A stretch of DNA of 46,682 nucleotides from Bacteroidales bacterium (GCA_030523385.1 JAUNIV010000001.1:1-46682), one strand, 5' to 3'; numbered from the stretch's first letter, positions 1 to 10,253 are shown. Notes: generated from the sequence alone by a model not told the origin. Made by a program: numbers and translations.

Positions 1-1
1 C

Positions 2-868
2 TGATATACAATTAGTTATAAAATATCGTGATATTACGAAGTACAACATGGCTCCATAGAAATGCACCGTCAGATAACGTATCATCCATTTCGCCCAGGC
101 TCCTTCCCATTTGGGCAAGAGTGAAAACGCCCACTGTATCGGACCGAAAATTGTGAGCATACCGAGCAGGATTTGCTGGCAATAGATGGTTGCCCACCAA
201 CCTATTCTAAAGACAATCAACGCAATAACCATCACGATTTTGTCTATGCAGACCACCGCACCGGAGGTCAGTGAAGTAAACCATAACTTGCTGGCATCCT
301 TCTCCATGTTGGTAACTTCATCGACACCGGTCTGTTCCATGGTCGATTCTATCAGTGCGGGATCCATCGTACCGGCACGGGCCACATCCGCCTGTGCCTG
401 CAAGCTTGTATAGAGTGTGTCACGGACGAAAATGAGCTGCTGCACTTCCTCAAACTTATCCCCGATCTGGGCGGCTTCCGCCTGATACAGGTCATGGGTG
501 TAGGAGCCTATGGCATTGGGGATGTACGAGAGGAAGTCAAGCACACACCAGCTGCTGCCGCTGTTGTGCATCCCGGTGTCCGCAGGAGGATACCACCATG
601 TCATCACGATGGCCACCGCCAAGGGACGGAACAGTTTCATCACATCGAGCGGTTCGTTTTTTACCATCATCTTATAAGCCATGCCTGCCGCCATCACGAT
701 AGCGAAGAGTGCAGCCAGTGCCATACACATCTGAAGAATCCACCAAAAAGGACCTTGTGACCCGGTGAACGTGGCATCGCACAGGAACTCGTTGGTCTGG
801 AAAATCACGTCATCCACCTCTTCCTCAAGCAAGTTGATGCCAAAGTCGCTAAGAATATTGTCTGCCAT
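2..868 (-). CDS. TraJ/VirB6-like conjugative membrane protein; no stop in the window, probably interrupted near position 35
   Basis: ATG at 868 (MADNILSDFGINLLEEEVDDVIF...) opens a frame with no stop before the window edge, so it is missing from the ORF track. It has several hydrophobic segments (..QQILLGMLTIFGPIQWAFSLLPKWEGAWAKW..) and lies at the distal end of the tra operon. Confidence 0.7.
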   Translation of the reverse strand, partial: MADNILSDFGINLLEEEVDDVIFQTNEFLCDATFTGSQGPFWWILQMCMALAALFAIVMAAGMAYKMMVKNEPLDVMKLFRPLAVAIVMTWWYPPADTGMHNSGSSWCVLDFLSYIPNAIGSYTHDLYQAEAAQIGDKFEEVQQLIFVRDTLYTSLQAQADVARAGTMDPALIESTMEQTGVDEVTNMEKDASKLWFTSLTSGAVVCIDKIVMVIALIVFRIGWWATIYCQQILLGMLTIFGPIQWAFSLLPKWEGAWAKWMIRYLTVHFYGAMLYFVISRYFITNCIS

Positions 869-911
869 TGAATGTTGTTTATTAGTTGTTTATTTCAGAA
901 TCTGTCTGTTT

Positions 912-1643
912 CTATGGTTGATTGACACAGTTTCCCATCGCACTCCAGCACGCATCGCGCCACCGGGCCAGTGCTTCCGCCGCATACACGGCGTTCTTGT
1001 TTTCCCTTTCATAGCTTGATGCCAATAGTGAGGTGGTCGTCTTGCTGTTAGCCAGATAGACGAGATAGCGTACCAGTTCCTCGTTCTTGCGCGACACGTC
1101 GGCATAGATGCTCAGATACTGTTTCTTGCGCTGCGAGTTGGGCATATAGGCTTCCTGCGTCGCTTTGATGGCCGATTTGAACACGTTATAGTATTCCTTC
1201 CACACCGTCTGCTGTCCGGGAGTGCCACCCAGTTGCAGGATGCGGTCGATATTCTTTTTGAAATCCGCCATCTTGGAGTTGAGCTTGTCACCCTCCGCCA
1301 GCCATGCGACATCCAGTGCGCCGCCTGTACGGTCAGCCACGTTCAACGCCTCTATCTCGGCACGTTTAGTCATAGCGGAGTCCAGTTTCTCCGCATCATC
1401 CACCTGCCAGTAGCCTGCAATCCCCACCGTCGTGCGAAACGACAGCTTGTTTTTTGCAGCGGCGGTTTTCCTGTAGTTGCTGTGCAGCAAGGTGTAGTAC
1501 AAGTCCGGAGTAAGGGAGCCGGAACCGATCTCCGCCACGGTAAACTGGTTCTGTTTGGCGGCATCATGGTTGTAGGTCACGTTCTGCGCAGTGGCCGAAA
1601 CCATGCACAGTCCTGTCATCAGATAGAGTATCAGCCGTTTCAT
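912..1643 (-). CDS. Secreted ICE conjugation-region protein (DUF5045-like)
   Basis: 243 aa with a signal peptide followed by VTYNHD..KQNQFTVAEIGSGSLTP. Overlaps the upstream gene by 4 nt within the tra operon. Confidence 0.65.
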   Translation of the reverse strand: MKRLILYLMTGLCMVSATAQNVTYNHDAAKQNQFTVAEIGSGSLTPDLYYTLLHSNYRKTAAAKNKLSFRTTVGIAGYWQVDDAEKLDSAMTKRAEIEALNVADRTGGALDVAWLAEGDKLNSKMADFKKNIDRILQLGGTPGQQTVWKEYYNVFKSAIKATQEAYMPNSQRKKQYLSIYADVSRKNEELVRYLVYLANSKTTTSLLASSYERENKNAVYAAEALARWRDACWSAMGNCVNQP

Positions 1644-2380
1644 TTCTTGTTTCTATATGGGTTAAGCCCGCTCTGCCGCCATCGTCCGAAGGCATCTTCG
1701 ATGATGAGTGATCGTGAACGGGGTGTGTAAATACTTTCTTTCCAATAGCCTATCCGCACTTGGATATACCTCCATGTATCGAAATAGGCGGCATTGAGCA
1801 GTTTCTTGATGTTGTCAAGACTGGTGTTGATGTTCTCCAACACAAGCATGAGATCGGATGTCGAACAGGCGGCGGCTCCGGTAGCATACAGCACCAGGTC
1901 GCTGACCGAGCGGTACAGGCTCTTTCCCTCGACCGAGATGCGGTCGATGCACCTGAGGCTTATCCGGATGATGATGGTGTCCTGAAGGGCGAGTTTGTTA
2001 CGCTTCAGCACCTTGGAGTTGTAATCACTCAGCAATTTTTTGTAGTCACCGATGCGGTCGCTGACCGTCTGGTAGGTGGAATACACGTTCATGGAGGTTC
2101 GCAACGACTGGTACAGCACGTCTATCACATCGAAAGCCCTGGTATATTTGTCAAGGTCGAAGTTCAGCACCTTGTAATCTTCCGCGGCCTTCGCGCTGTA
2201 CTCGTGCAGGAGGTTGTTGCTCTGCTCCAGTGTGGCACGGGCAAGAAGCAGGCTGCGCTGGTTCTTGTGGTCGGAGATATAGGCTTCCACCGAGCCTACA
2301 TCAAAACCGAACTGTGCCTTGGCGATGACCGGCATGGCCAGCATCAGCAGCGTCATCAATATGTGGATAGGTGTTCTCAT
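1640..2380 (-). CDS. Secreted helical ICE conjugation-region protein
   Basis: 246 aa with a signal peptide (..VIAKA-QFGFD) and 4-nt overlaps with both neighbours. Confidence 0.7.
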   Translation of the reverse strand: MRTPIHILMTLLMLAMPVIAKAQFGFDVGSVEAYISDHKNQRSLLLARATLEQSNNLLHEYSAKAAEDYKVLNFDLDKYTRAFDVIDVLYQSLRTSMNVYSTYQTVSDRIGDYKKLLSDYNSKVLKRNKLALQDTIIIRISLRCIDRISVEGKSLYRSVSDLVLYATGAAACSTSDLMLVLENINTSLDNIKKLLNAAYFDTWRYIQVRIGYWKESIYTPRSRSLIIEDAFGRWRQSGLNPYRNKK

Positions 2381-4911
2381 TCTGTCGTTTCTTCCATTGG
2401 TTTGTAATTTCTACTTCCGGCCCTGTTCATCCACCGGGCAAAACTCTCGTCAAGCAGCGTGCGTCTGCGTCCTTGCTCGTCATTGACATAAGGAGCGGCC
2501 TTTTTCAACACATCAATGATAGACAGTTTATAGTGCATCATCTTCTCCAGACATACGAGGTCGGCATAGATGCGTGTCAGGCGGCTATCCACATCACGCG
2601 CGATTTCCAACCGGTCCGACGACCACAGCAGGTGGTAGGTGTCCGTGCTGTTGTCCTGTTCCATCGGATTGTTCTTGATGTATTCGGTGCTGATTGTGCA
2701 GGACGGATAATCCCTTGCAATCTCTGAGATGCGGTTGTTCACGGCGGCGGCATTCTCCCGGTCGCTCTTGTTCGGGTCGAGTTGCATCACATCCACGACC
2801 TGGGTGTTGCTGTAATCCGCCGTCAGTGTCCATTCTATCTGCATGATGGCCCTGTGTATCTTGATGCCGAGGAAATATTTCGGCTTGCGGGCGATGCTCA
2901 GCGTGGCCTTGAACGTAATCACGGCGTCCATGCTCCCGGAGGTGGCGGTGCGCACATAGGTGTAGCCCTCCCAGTGTCCCTCTCCCTGCCAGATGAGGTC
3001 AAAGGCGGTCTTGCAGTCGTTCATGATGGCGGGGATGCGGTAGTAGTCATCGGTGGGCACATCCTCGCCGCCGGCGGCTTCCTCACGCGCTGCCCGCAGG
3101 TCAGTGAGTTTCTGCCTGAAGCCATCCTGCTCGCGTGTCAGATTTTCGATCTGACCCTTGTTGGCGTTGTACTGCTGGCGCAGTGCCGCCGCTTCCTCCA
3201 CGGTGGCATTGGCTATCCGGCTTATCAGCGACCGGTTCTCGGCATTCAGAATGTCAATCTGTGTCTGAAGTTCCGCTATACGGTTGTTGTATTCATTTTC
3301 CAGACGGTCAAACTCCGACAGGTCGAGGCTGTTGTCCGTCAGCGTGGTCTGCATGGCGCACTCCTTGGAATGGGCATTAAGTGAACCGCCGCAGCTCCGG
3401 CATTTGTATTGCGTGGTTCCCTGCGATATAGTGAACCCGTCATGGCAGGTCACGGAGATAATCACGCTCTCCGTGCCTTTCATCTTGGCTTCATCGGTCG
3501 CCTGATAATAATTTCGGGCATCCGAACCGATGTAATAGACGAATCCCTCTTCATTGTCATTGTACTCCGACAGCCGTGCCTGCATCTGTCTTTGGAAGGT
3601 GCCCAAGTCCATGGAATAGGAATCAAAGACATCCTCGTAAACCTCTTCCGTCCGGTTCCAGCTTTTGGTGACCCGGATGGAATAGGCATAGGCTTTGGCG
3701 TACTGTTTGTTCTTCTTTGACAAGATATAGGCGTATCGGGAATAAGACAGGTTATAAAGGTCCCCGTCTCCCGATGCGTTCATCTGCTTCACCTTCGCCC
3801 TCGACCATCCGGCATAACTCTCCGAATTGGAGAGTATCTGCTCCGTCTGTGCCGAAGAGGGATAGAAATTTGCGTCGGTCGTGTTGAAACGTGTCCAGGC
3901 ACCGCCGTAGAGGATGCTGTTGTCATCGGTGGGCGGCATATAGTCACAAATTGTCTCGCTGCCGCTGTCCCGGCGGTAGATGTACCACCGCTGGGTGTAA
4001 TACTGCCCCATAGTCTCACGGAGATAGTCGGTCATCCATGAGGTCATGTTGTAACTGTCTATGTTGAAAAGCCGGGCGACATTCTCCGGTCCACCGACCA
4101 TCGAGAGCAAAGTGCCTCCAAGATTTTGCTCAAGGGACTTGTAGAATCCGTAACTGCTCTCCGCAGCGTTCACAATCGCCGCCACATTTCCTTTGGCGAT
4201 GTCATTGAACGAGCTGCCGCCGAGCAGGGCCCCCATCATGTTCTCGGCTCCCGCTCCGGCGATGCTGACTCCCATGTCATACAGGGTGCTAATGTCGGAT
4301 TCAAGATTCTCCTTGTTGAAATGGTTGGGAATACTGCCGAGGTCATCAAAAAACCTCTTCCAGTCCACATTGCCACTGCCGGCAAGGTCGAACAGCGGCT
4401 GGAACTGCGGGGCTATCTGCAGGAATACCACATCACGGAACGACAGCGAGCTGTTGGTGACGATGGACTCGAACTGCATGCAGAGCGTTTCCACCTCGTG
4501 ACAGACCTTGAACAGGTAGCTTCCCCAGTAGAGTGCGGTCTGTGGTGAACGGAGCATCATGCCGGCGACAATCCATATCTTCGGCATGATTTTCGCACTT
4601 ACTAATGAATAGATGCGGCGGTAATAATAGTTTTCCGTTGCACTGCTCCAGATACCGAGGTCGGTCAGTGCCTTGCGGTCAAGGTACTTGGACATGAAGA
4701 TACCGGCTGTGGCGACTTCGGCGGCACTGTAACGGTCAAGTATCTTCCTGACCTGTTCGCTGTAATACATTTCCGTCGCGGTATCCGTGCCGAAAGCGGC
4801 GGTCATGGCGGCCACCGTTTTCTTATCGTAGTTGACGGAATACCACACCGAGGCCGCAGCGTCGGACGCTACAGCCAGCAGTACGGTCAATATGAGCAGG
4901 AGGCGGTGCAT
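2377..4911 (-). CDS. Large secreted ICE conjugation-region protein with coiled coil
   Basis: 844 aa with a signal peptide, a CRSC..H..C cluster and a heptad-like coiled-coil stretch. Lies in the tra operon. Confidence 0.75.
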   Translation of the reverse strand: MHRLLLILTVLLAVASDAAASVWYSVNYDKKTVAAMTAAFGTDTATEMYYSEQVRKILDRYSAAEVATAGIFMSKYLDRKALTDLGIWSSATENYYYRRIYSLVSAKIMPKIWIVAGMMLRSPQTALYWGSYLFKVCHEVETLCMQFESIVTNSSLSFRDVVFLQIAPQFQPLFDLAGSGNVDWKRFFDDLGSIPNHFNKENLESDISTLYDMGVSIAGAGAENMMGALLGGSSFNDIAKGNVAAIVNAAESSYGFYKSLEQNLGGTLLSMVGGPENVARLFNIDSYNMTSWMTDYLRETMGQYYTQRWYIYRRDSGSETICDYMPPTDDNSILYGGAWTRFNTTDANFYPSSAQTEQILSNSESYAGWSRAKVKQMNASGDGDLYNLSYSRYAYILSKKNKQYAKAYAYSIRVTKSWNRTEEVYEDVFDSYSMDLGTFQRQMQARLSEYNDNEEGFVYYIGSDARNYYQATDEAKMKGTESVIISVTCHDGFTISQGTTQYKCRSCGGSLNAHSKECAMQTTLTDNSLDLSEFDRLENEYNNRIAELQTQIDILNAENRSLISRIANATVEEAAALRQQYNANKGQIENLTREQDGFRQKLTDLRAAREEAAGGEDVPTDDYYRIPAIMNDCKTAFDLIWQGEGHWEGYTYVRTATSGSMDAVITFKATLSIARKPKYFLGIKIHRAIMQIEWTLTADYSNTQVVDVMQLDPNKSDRENAAAVNNRISEIARDYPSCTISTEYIKNNPMEQDNSTDTYHLLWSSDRLEIARDVDSRLTRIYADLVCLEKMMHYKLSIIDVLKKAAPYVNDEQGRRRTLLDESFARWMNRAGSRNYKPMEETTE

Positions 4912-4931
4912 ACTTGTTGATTGGTCGTTTC

Positions 4932-5234
4932 TTATTTCCCTTTCTTCACCGTCCCCGTCTTGAGGAAACGGTATTTTCCGGAAGTGCAGCTCTCGTTGGC
5001 GGGTGTGTATTCCACATATCCGCGTGACTGCAGTTCCTCGCTGGCGGATTTCATCGCCGTGACGCTGTAACCGCTGACAAGACTGAGCAATGCGGCCGGA
5101 TTGATGCTGATCGTTTCCTGGCGGTCACGCTTGTGACGGTAAAGCAGGTAAAAGAACAGCACGGTGGCTTCCTTGCTGAAATTGTTGTTGTCGCAATCGC
5201 GCCAAAATTCCTCAATGAGTTTGTTCTCGTTCAT
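4932..5234 (-). CDS. Small hypothetical protein, possible winged-helix (DnaD-N-like)
   Basis: 100 aa fitting the gap between two tra genes, with EATVLFFYLL..ELQSRGYVEY, a wHTH-like pattern. Confidence 0.55.
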   Translation of the reverse strand: MNENKLIEEFWRDCDNNNFSKEATVLFFYLLYRHKRDRQETISINPAALLSLVSGYSVTAMKSASEELQSRGYVEYTPANESCTSGKYRFLKTGTVKKGK

Positions 5235-5246
5235 AATGAATGTTGT

Positions 5247-7814
5247 TTATGGGTTATTTTTATCGTTCCTTGTGGGCAGGTTGAGCACATGGCCGACCTT
5301 ATGCACCCGTCGGGCAAATTCCAACGGGGCGGCGATGCCGGAGTTGTCCCAGTCACGGCAATATCTTTCGATAGCATCCTGATGGCTGCACCCTAATTCC
5401 GACTTGTAGAGTTTGAGGGCATCTTTCTCAGCACGCTCGGTGGTATAGGTCATGTAGCACTCGTGCGATTCCTCCACACCGTACACGCCGCTGGTCGATC
5501 CTCTGCGGATGAACACCTCGCGGAAGAAAGAGCGTCCTTCCTTGTTGTCAAGCCTGTTGATGGTAAAAATCTTCTTGCAGTCCACATCGGTGAGTCCGAG
5601 GATGGCTTTGATATTGTCGAAGCGTTCACGGAATTTGCTCTGGTCAAGCAGCATCACCACATCGGAATTGTTGATGATGGCCTCCTTCACAATCTCACTG
5701 CCGATGATGTCCTGTATCTCCTGTGTCACGACACCGACCGATGCCCAGAACTTGCGGGCTGTCTTGTAGAGGTACTTGATGTATTCGGCCATGAGCGGGG
5801 TGGCGATGGCTTTCCACGCCTCTTCGATCACAAGGACCTTACGGTTCTTTTTCAGACGCATCTTCTGCAGAAAGACATCCATGATAATCAGCGTGACTAT
5901 CGGGAACAGCGTGGCATCATCCTTGATTGCGTCAATCTCGAACACGATAAAGGTCTCATCAAACAGGGTGCTGTCCATGTTCTCGTTCAGCGTGGTCTCG
6001 TGGCTGCCGCCCTTATAGAAATCCCGAAGCTGGTAATTGAGGTCTGCCGTGTCAATGCCTTTCAGTTCGTTCTCGGTGATAATCTCCGGGATGCGGACGA
6101 CGGCGAAGTCGAAAAACGAGTTGAACGAAAGCGGCGCATCAATTTTACCCGTAAAGTAACTGCGGTAGTATTCCTCGATAGCCTGTCCGATAAGTCTGTC
6201 CTCCGTCTTTGTCACAATGCCTTCCGAGCCTTTCCATATCTGCAGGATAAGATTCTTGAGGAAGTTGATTTTCTCGATGTTTATCTCTTCCTTGGTAATC
6301 TTAAACGGGTTCATGGTGATGGGTTTTTCCTCGGTATAGGAAATGTACTTGCCGCCGAGATACTCGCATAGTCCCTCGTAGGAGTTTCCCGTATCGACCA
6401 TCACGACATCCGTTCCTTGCTCATGAAGCTGCCTCACGACGGAGTTCATGTGGAAGCTCTTGCCGCTTCCCGATGGTCCTAAACAGAAGAAATTGGAGTT
6501 GTCGGTCATCTTGACCTTACCCTCCTTGCCGGTGATGTCGATGGCTACGGGCATCCCTTTCCGGTCAGTATAGTATATCTTCAGCGGGGTGTCCTCGCTG
6601 CGCTGCACATGCTCCTTATACATAAGGCAGGTGGCGGCGTCCGACAGGGTGAGAAAACGGTCGTACTCGGGATCCATGTTGTAGCAGTTGCCGGGAAACG
6701 AGTTCACGAACAGCTCAAGCTGGTTGTAGGCACGCTTGGAGATATGGATGCCCATGCGCCCGAACATGTTTTCAAGATGGTTCACGGGCTTCTGCATATC
6801 TGCATTACGTGGACAGCATACAACGAGGTTGAAGTGTGTATATACAAGCTGCTTGCCCTCGCGTGCCACCACTTCCTGCACCTGCTTGATGTCCTCCACG
6901 GCAATCTGGTTGCTCGGATTGGGGATGGAGGCGTGACGGTTTTTCTTCTTTTCAAGAGCGGAAAGTTCCCGCTTTTGGTTGGGAATGAAAATCATCTGGT
7001 TGTAGATGACGGTCTCGGCTTCCGGGATACTGTCGATGGCGGACATGAGGTCAAGGGGCATCCCTGTGTTGTTCACCTCCACATTGGTGAAAGGACGGAC
7101 AAGGGAAGGAAGCCCGGCACAGTCCACATCGACAAGGGAGAACACGCGACATTTGCGGTCACCCATGCCGATGCCCTCGTCATCTACCTTGAAATTATTC
7201 ATGGTGACGACCGGACTATTGAAGTCCAGCGTGAAATACCGGTCAACATAGCTGTCACATTCGTCGGCCGTCAGGAACCTCACCTTCATGCCGCCGTCAC
7301 GCAACTGGTCCTTCACCTTGCGTATCTTCACAAGGAAGTCCTTCCATTTCTTCAAATCGAAGGAATACAGCTTCCCTTTCTTCGATTCCTGCGTAATGAC
7401 AAGGCATGTGCGCGTATCGGTATAAGGACGGCCCTCAAAATATGAGAAATAGGATCTTGACAGGAACTCTTTTTCCTTTGCGTCCGCCTGCACGAACCCA
7501 CGGCGGGAGAACACATCCTGTTTGTGTATGGCATAGCCCTCGCCGAGGGTCTGTACCACCGCCGAGAACAGATGGCAGAAATCGTAATAGCAGTCGGCAT
7601 CGGCAGAATACTTCTGCACGGGGTTCTCTATTTCAAGTATGGCGGAATACTCGCCGGTCTTGGTGTAAATGACACCAATGCCGTCATTGCCCTCCACGGA
7701 GAAATAGATGTCACGGAAGACACGCTTGCGTTTGCCTCCCGTTCCGAAAGCGGCCACCGAGATTGCCATACCGATAAGCACTGCTGCAAAGAATATGATA
7801 ACGTACCAAGTCAT
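5247..7814 (-). CDS. traG: VirB4-type conjugation ATPase (Bacteroidales TraG family)
   Basis: 855 aa with an N-terminal TM, Walker A GPSGSGKS, Walker B VLVIEEAW and the motif KTARK..VGVVTQ. Confidence 0.9.
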   Translation of the reverse strand: MTWYVIIFFAAVLIGMAISVAAFGTGGKRKRVFRDIYFSVEGNDGIGVIYTKTGEYSAILEIENPVQKYSADADCYYDFCHLFSAVVQTLGEGYAIHKQDVFSRRGFVQADAKEKEFLSRSYFSYFEGRPYTDTRTCLVITQESKKGKLYSFDLKKWKDFLVKIRKVKDQLRDGGMKVRFLTADECDSYVDRYFTLDFNSPVVTMNNFKVDDEGIGMGDRKCRVFSLVDVDCAGLPSLVRPFTNVEVNNTGMPLDLMSAIDSIPEAETVIYNQMIFIPNQKRELSALEKKKNRHASIPNPSNQIAVEDIKQVQEVVAREGKQLVYTHFNLVVCCPRNADMQKPVNHLENMFGRMGIHISKRAYNQLELFVNSFPGNCYNMDPEYDRFLTLSDAATCLMYKEHVQRSEDTPLKIYYTDRKGMPVAIDITGKEGKVKMTDNSNFFCLGPSGSGKSFHMNSVVRQLHEQGTDVVMVDTGNSYEGLCEYLGGKYISYTEEKPITMNPFKITKEEINIEKINFLKNLILQIWKGSEGIVTKTEDRLIGQAIEEYYRSYFTGKIDAPLSFNSFFDFAVVRIPEIITENELKGIDTADLNYQLRDFYKGGSHETTLNENMDSTLFDETFIVFEIDAIKDDATLFPIVTLIIMDVFLQKMRLKKNRKVLVIEEAWKAIATPLMAEYIKYLYKTARKFWASVGVVTQEIQDIIGSEIVKEAIINNSDVVMLLDQSKFRERFDNIKAILGLTDVDCKKIFTINRLDNKEGRSFFREVFIRRGSTSGVYGVEESHECYMTYTTERAEKDALKLYKSELGCSHQDAIERYCRDWDNSGIAAPLEFARRVHKVGHVLNLPTRNDKNNP

Positions 7815-8278
7815 TTGTCTTTATCCGTGTTTTGTTCACCCCATTCTTTCAGCTCGTTGCTGATACATTTGTTCAGATGCTCTCTCCAGTATGGCTCATA
7901 CTCTATGATGTCAAAATAGGGTTCTTTGTCCTCGTCATCATCTATCAGGTACGCAGCGATGTCCCAACTGATATAATCAATCATTTCGTCTATTACCCTT
8001 TCACCTGCTTCTTCGATGACAAACTCACCGAAATATTTCAGGGGAATCTTGACTTCGGGGAATAAGAAAATATGCACATGGCTATCCCCGTTGCCTTCAT
8101 GGTCTTCCACACTGTTAATGCTTATCACCAGATATAGCTGGGTTGGTTCTTTACCATCTTCATAATTATCTGTAAATTCCGCACTTATTTCAAAATGCTT
8201 CGGGAGGGGAACCATAGATACGGAATTACTTCCAAACTCCCGTAACCGAAGAATGAATGTGCCTGTTTTGTCTGCCAT
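7811..8278 (-). CDS. Acidic hypothetical protein inside the tra operon
   Basis: Likely start MADKTG at 8278; the track start (8374) overlaps the previous gene. More AT-rich than its neighbours, and the stop overlaps the traG start. Confidence 0.6.
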   Translation of the reverse strand: MADKTGTFILRLREFGSNSVSMVPLPKHFEISAEFTDNYEDGKEPTQLYLVISINSVEDHEGNGDSHVHIFLFPEVKIPLKYFGEFVIEEAGERVIDEMIDYISWDIAAYLIDDDEDKEPYFDIIEYEPYWREHLNKCISNELKEWGEQNTDKDK

Positions 8279-8304
8279 TGTTCTTTTATATTTATTGATG
8301 TGGA

Positions 8305-9771
8305 TTAGAATAGATAAAAGAGCCTTGTTTTCATATCGCTGTGCTCCTTGGAATTGTAGGCGGTGACGAACCATCCGGTCATGTCAATCGAATAGAAAGT
8401 GTCCTCGCCGGATTCGCTGGAGGTGGCATAGATGCCTTCCGGCATCTTGAAAAAGGCAGGCATGCTGTCCTTATGCTTTTCAAGATGGTAGGCAAGCCGG
8501 GCCATCTCCGCAAGCGACGGTATGTAGGCCGACGGCAGCACACGCTTGTCCTGGAAGTTCTTGAGGGCATGGCTGTCCGCATGGCGGAGTATGCCCTGTG
8601 TGAGTGCGGCTCCGTCGTCGAAACCCAATGCGCAACTGCCCGGATATCGGATTCGGGGACTAAACACGATATGTTCCTCATCCTCCTGCGGCTGTCCGAA
8701 ATAGCCCTCACGCAACTTGCCGTCAGCCGTATCGAAGATATGGCCGGTTCGGAAAGACTTCTTCCCGAACCAGTTGCTCGTACTGTTGTCGTCCAAGGCA
8801 ACGGCTTTGCCGTGTCGCCCGTCTGTCTGGATGACACAGGCAAGGGTATTCTCATCGAATTTGGAGGTCAGAGTTCCATTCCTTTGCAGGAAATGTCCGA
8901 TGCGGACAGAGTCCGTGCCGAAAACGGACGGTTTCACAAACGGATGTTTGGTATCTACCCAGCTGCTGCCTACGGAAAGTTTGCCATTGCTGACATGAAG
9001 GCGCAGTTCGGTGATGCTTCCCCGTCTCAGAGGCGGTAGCGTGGTGGATATGGACAATTTCTTCCCGTTGATTTTGAGGAATATCTGTATTTCTCCGGAA
9101 TCCTCCGTAGGAATGAGGTTGAAGTCGTGCGGGATGCCGTTGTTCAACAGGCAGTCCTTGTTGGGAGAACATACGTTGCCGGCATCGGCACGTGTCCCGG
9201 CCAGTTTCCCCTTAAGCGGAATCAGGAAGGCTACTGTTGAAACGCAGTCCCCCTGTATCTCCAGAATCTGCATCACGTCACTGATATTGTCGCTTTTCAG
9301 TATCAGGCGCAGCAGTGCGGTAAGTTCTTCTAATTTCATTGTAATCTTTGTTTTGTCATTTGTCTGTGTCACGGATTGGATCTGTCCGGCGAGTCTTTCG
9401 CCGAGCGGATGGCTAATCGTAACAGTGTCGGCCGGATGCAGTGACGGAAGGAACGGATAACAGACATGGGGTGATGCCGTACTGTCGGCCAGAACAGGGA
9501 CAGTGGGCTTGAACACCTTGCCGTCGAAACGGAACTCCACGGCTTTGCCGCCCTCCATGCCGTCAAGCCATACGGCAAGCGAGCCTATGGCTTCCAGCTC
9601 GCCCTTTGTCCGCCCCGTGACCTCTATCTCAAGGGGCTTGGACATCTTCGACCAACTGTCTTTCACCTTTTCCGCCGTTTGGTGGGCGGACAATGCGTCC
9701 CCTTTACGGGTGTTCCCCGAACATCCGGCAAGGAACAAGGCAAGAAACAATATCAATCCGCAGTGTCTCAT
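8305..9771 (-). CDS. Lipoprotein, possibly fimbrillin/adhesin-like
   Basis: 488 aa with lipobox FLAGC. The beta-rich N-half has fimbrillin-like traits (VCYPF, ALLRLILK, LRRGSITELRL); the C-terminal domain has AYIPSLAEM..YATSSE. Confidence 0.55.
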   Translation of the reverse strand: MRHCGLILFLALFLAGCSGNTRKGDALSAHQTAEKVKDSWSKMSKPLEIEVTGRTKGELEAIGSLAVWLDGMEGGKAVEFRFDGKVFKPTVPVLADSTASPHVCYPFLPSLHPADTVTISHPLGERLAGQIQSVTQTNDKTKITMKLEELTALLRLILKSDNISDVMQILEIQGDCVSTVAFLIPLKGKLAGTRADAGNVCSPNKDCLLNNGIPHDFNLIPTEDSGEIQIFLKINGKKLSISTTLPPLRRGSITELRLHVSNGKLSVGSSWVDTKHPFVKPSVFGTDSVRIGHFLQRNGTLTSKFDENTLACVIQTDGRHGKAVALDDNSTSNWFGKKSFRTGHIFDTADGKLREGYFGQPQEDEEHIVFSPRIRYPGSCALGFDDGAALTQGILRHADSHALKNFQDKRVLPSAYIPSLAEMARLAYHLEKHKDSMPAFFKMPEGIYATSSESGEDTFYSIDMTGWFVTAYNSKEHSDMKTRLFYLF

Positions 9772-9774
9772 TTT

Positions 9775-10074
9775 TCAAATCTTTTTTGAACAGGTGTAAA
9801 CGAATATCCCTTTGTCTGTTTTTTTGGTGTGAAGCCCTTTGCGCTGTTTCACCATGATTAAACCGGCTCCCGTGCTGACTGCCATAACCAGTACGACAAG
9901 TCCGGCGAGAAAGCCCAGCACACAGTAGCCGATTATGAATCCGACTATCGCACCTCCCGCTGCTCCGGCAGCCCAGTAGATGTACCGGCCCTGGATACCC
10001 AGGAATTCAAGAGGCTTCTGAAGCCCCTTGAAAACCGGGTATGCAGTATAGCCGTTGTCTGCGTTCTCTGCCAT
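9775..10074 (-). CDS. TraF-like (DUF4133) small membrane protein
   Basis: Start MAENADNG at 10074, motif YPVFKGLQKPLEFLGIQGRYIYW, two TM segments and a KGLHTKK tail. Confidence 0.8.
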   Translation of the reverse strand: MAENADNGYTAYPVFKGLQKPLEFLGIQGRYIYWAAGAAGGAIVGFIIGYCVLGFLAGLVVLVMAVSTGAGLIMVKQRKGLHTKKTDKGIFVYTCSKKI

Positions 10075-10078
10075 AAGG

Positions 10079-10165
10079 TCAGGAGATTCCGAAGAACATA
10101 GGCAGTGCCTGAGCTGCTGCAATCAGGAAGATGCAGGCTCCGACCACCATCATGATCTTCTTCTT
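10079..10165 (-). pseudogene. 3' half of the split TraE-like (DUF4134) gene
   Basis: Encodes KKKIMMVVGACIFLIAAAQALPMFFGIS*. This continues in frame from ..MNNEEQDV at 20032-20313 and matches the paralogue tail KKEIMMVVGAILF. Confidence 0.85.
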
Positions 10166-10185
10166 GAGAATCTGCTTCCGAATTG

Positions 10186-10203
10186 TAAAGTGCTGAATAT
10201 CAA
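10186..10203 (+). repeat. Left subterminal inverted repeat (pairs with 19958-19975)
   Basis: TAAAGTGCTGAATATCAA; its reverse complement matches TTGATACTAAGCACTTTA at 16/18. Confidence 0.65.
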
Positions 10204-10230
10204 CACTCCCAAAAAGCAAAAAGTACCAAA

Positions 10231-10253
10231 AGAAACAAACTGGAAACAAAAAT
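10231..10253 (+). repeat. Putative integrase arm-type site, left end
   Basis: AGAAACAAA-CTG-GAAACAAAAAT, repeated directly at 19867-19889. Confidence 0.7.

Noticed and set aside
186-9799. Numerous plus-strand ORFs (e.g. 1760-2407, 5463-6371, 6609-7445, 8341-9039)
   Set aside because: They are antisense shadows of well-supported minus-strand genes and have no recognisable motifs.
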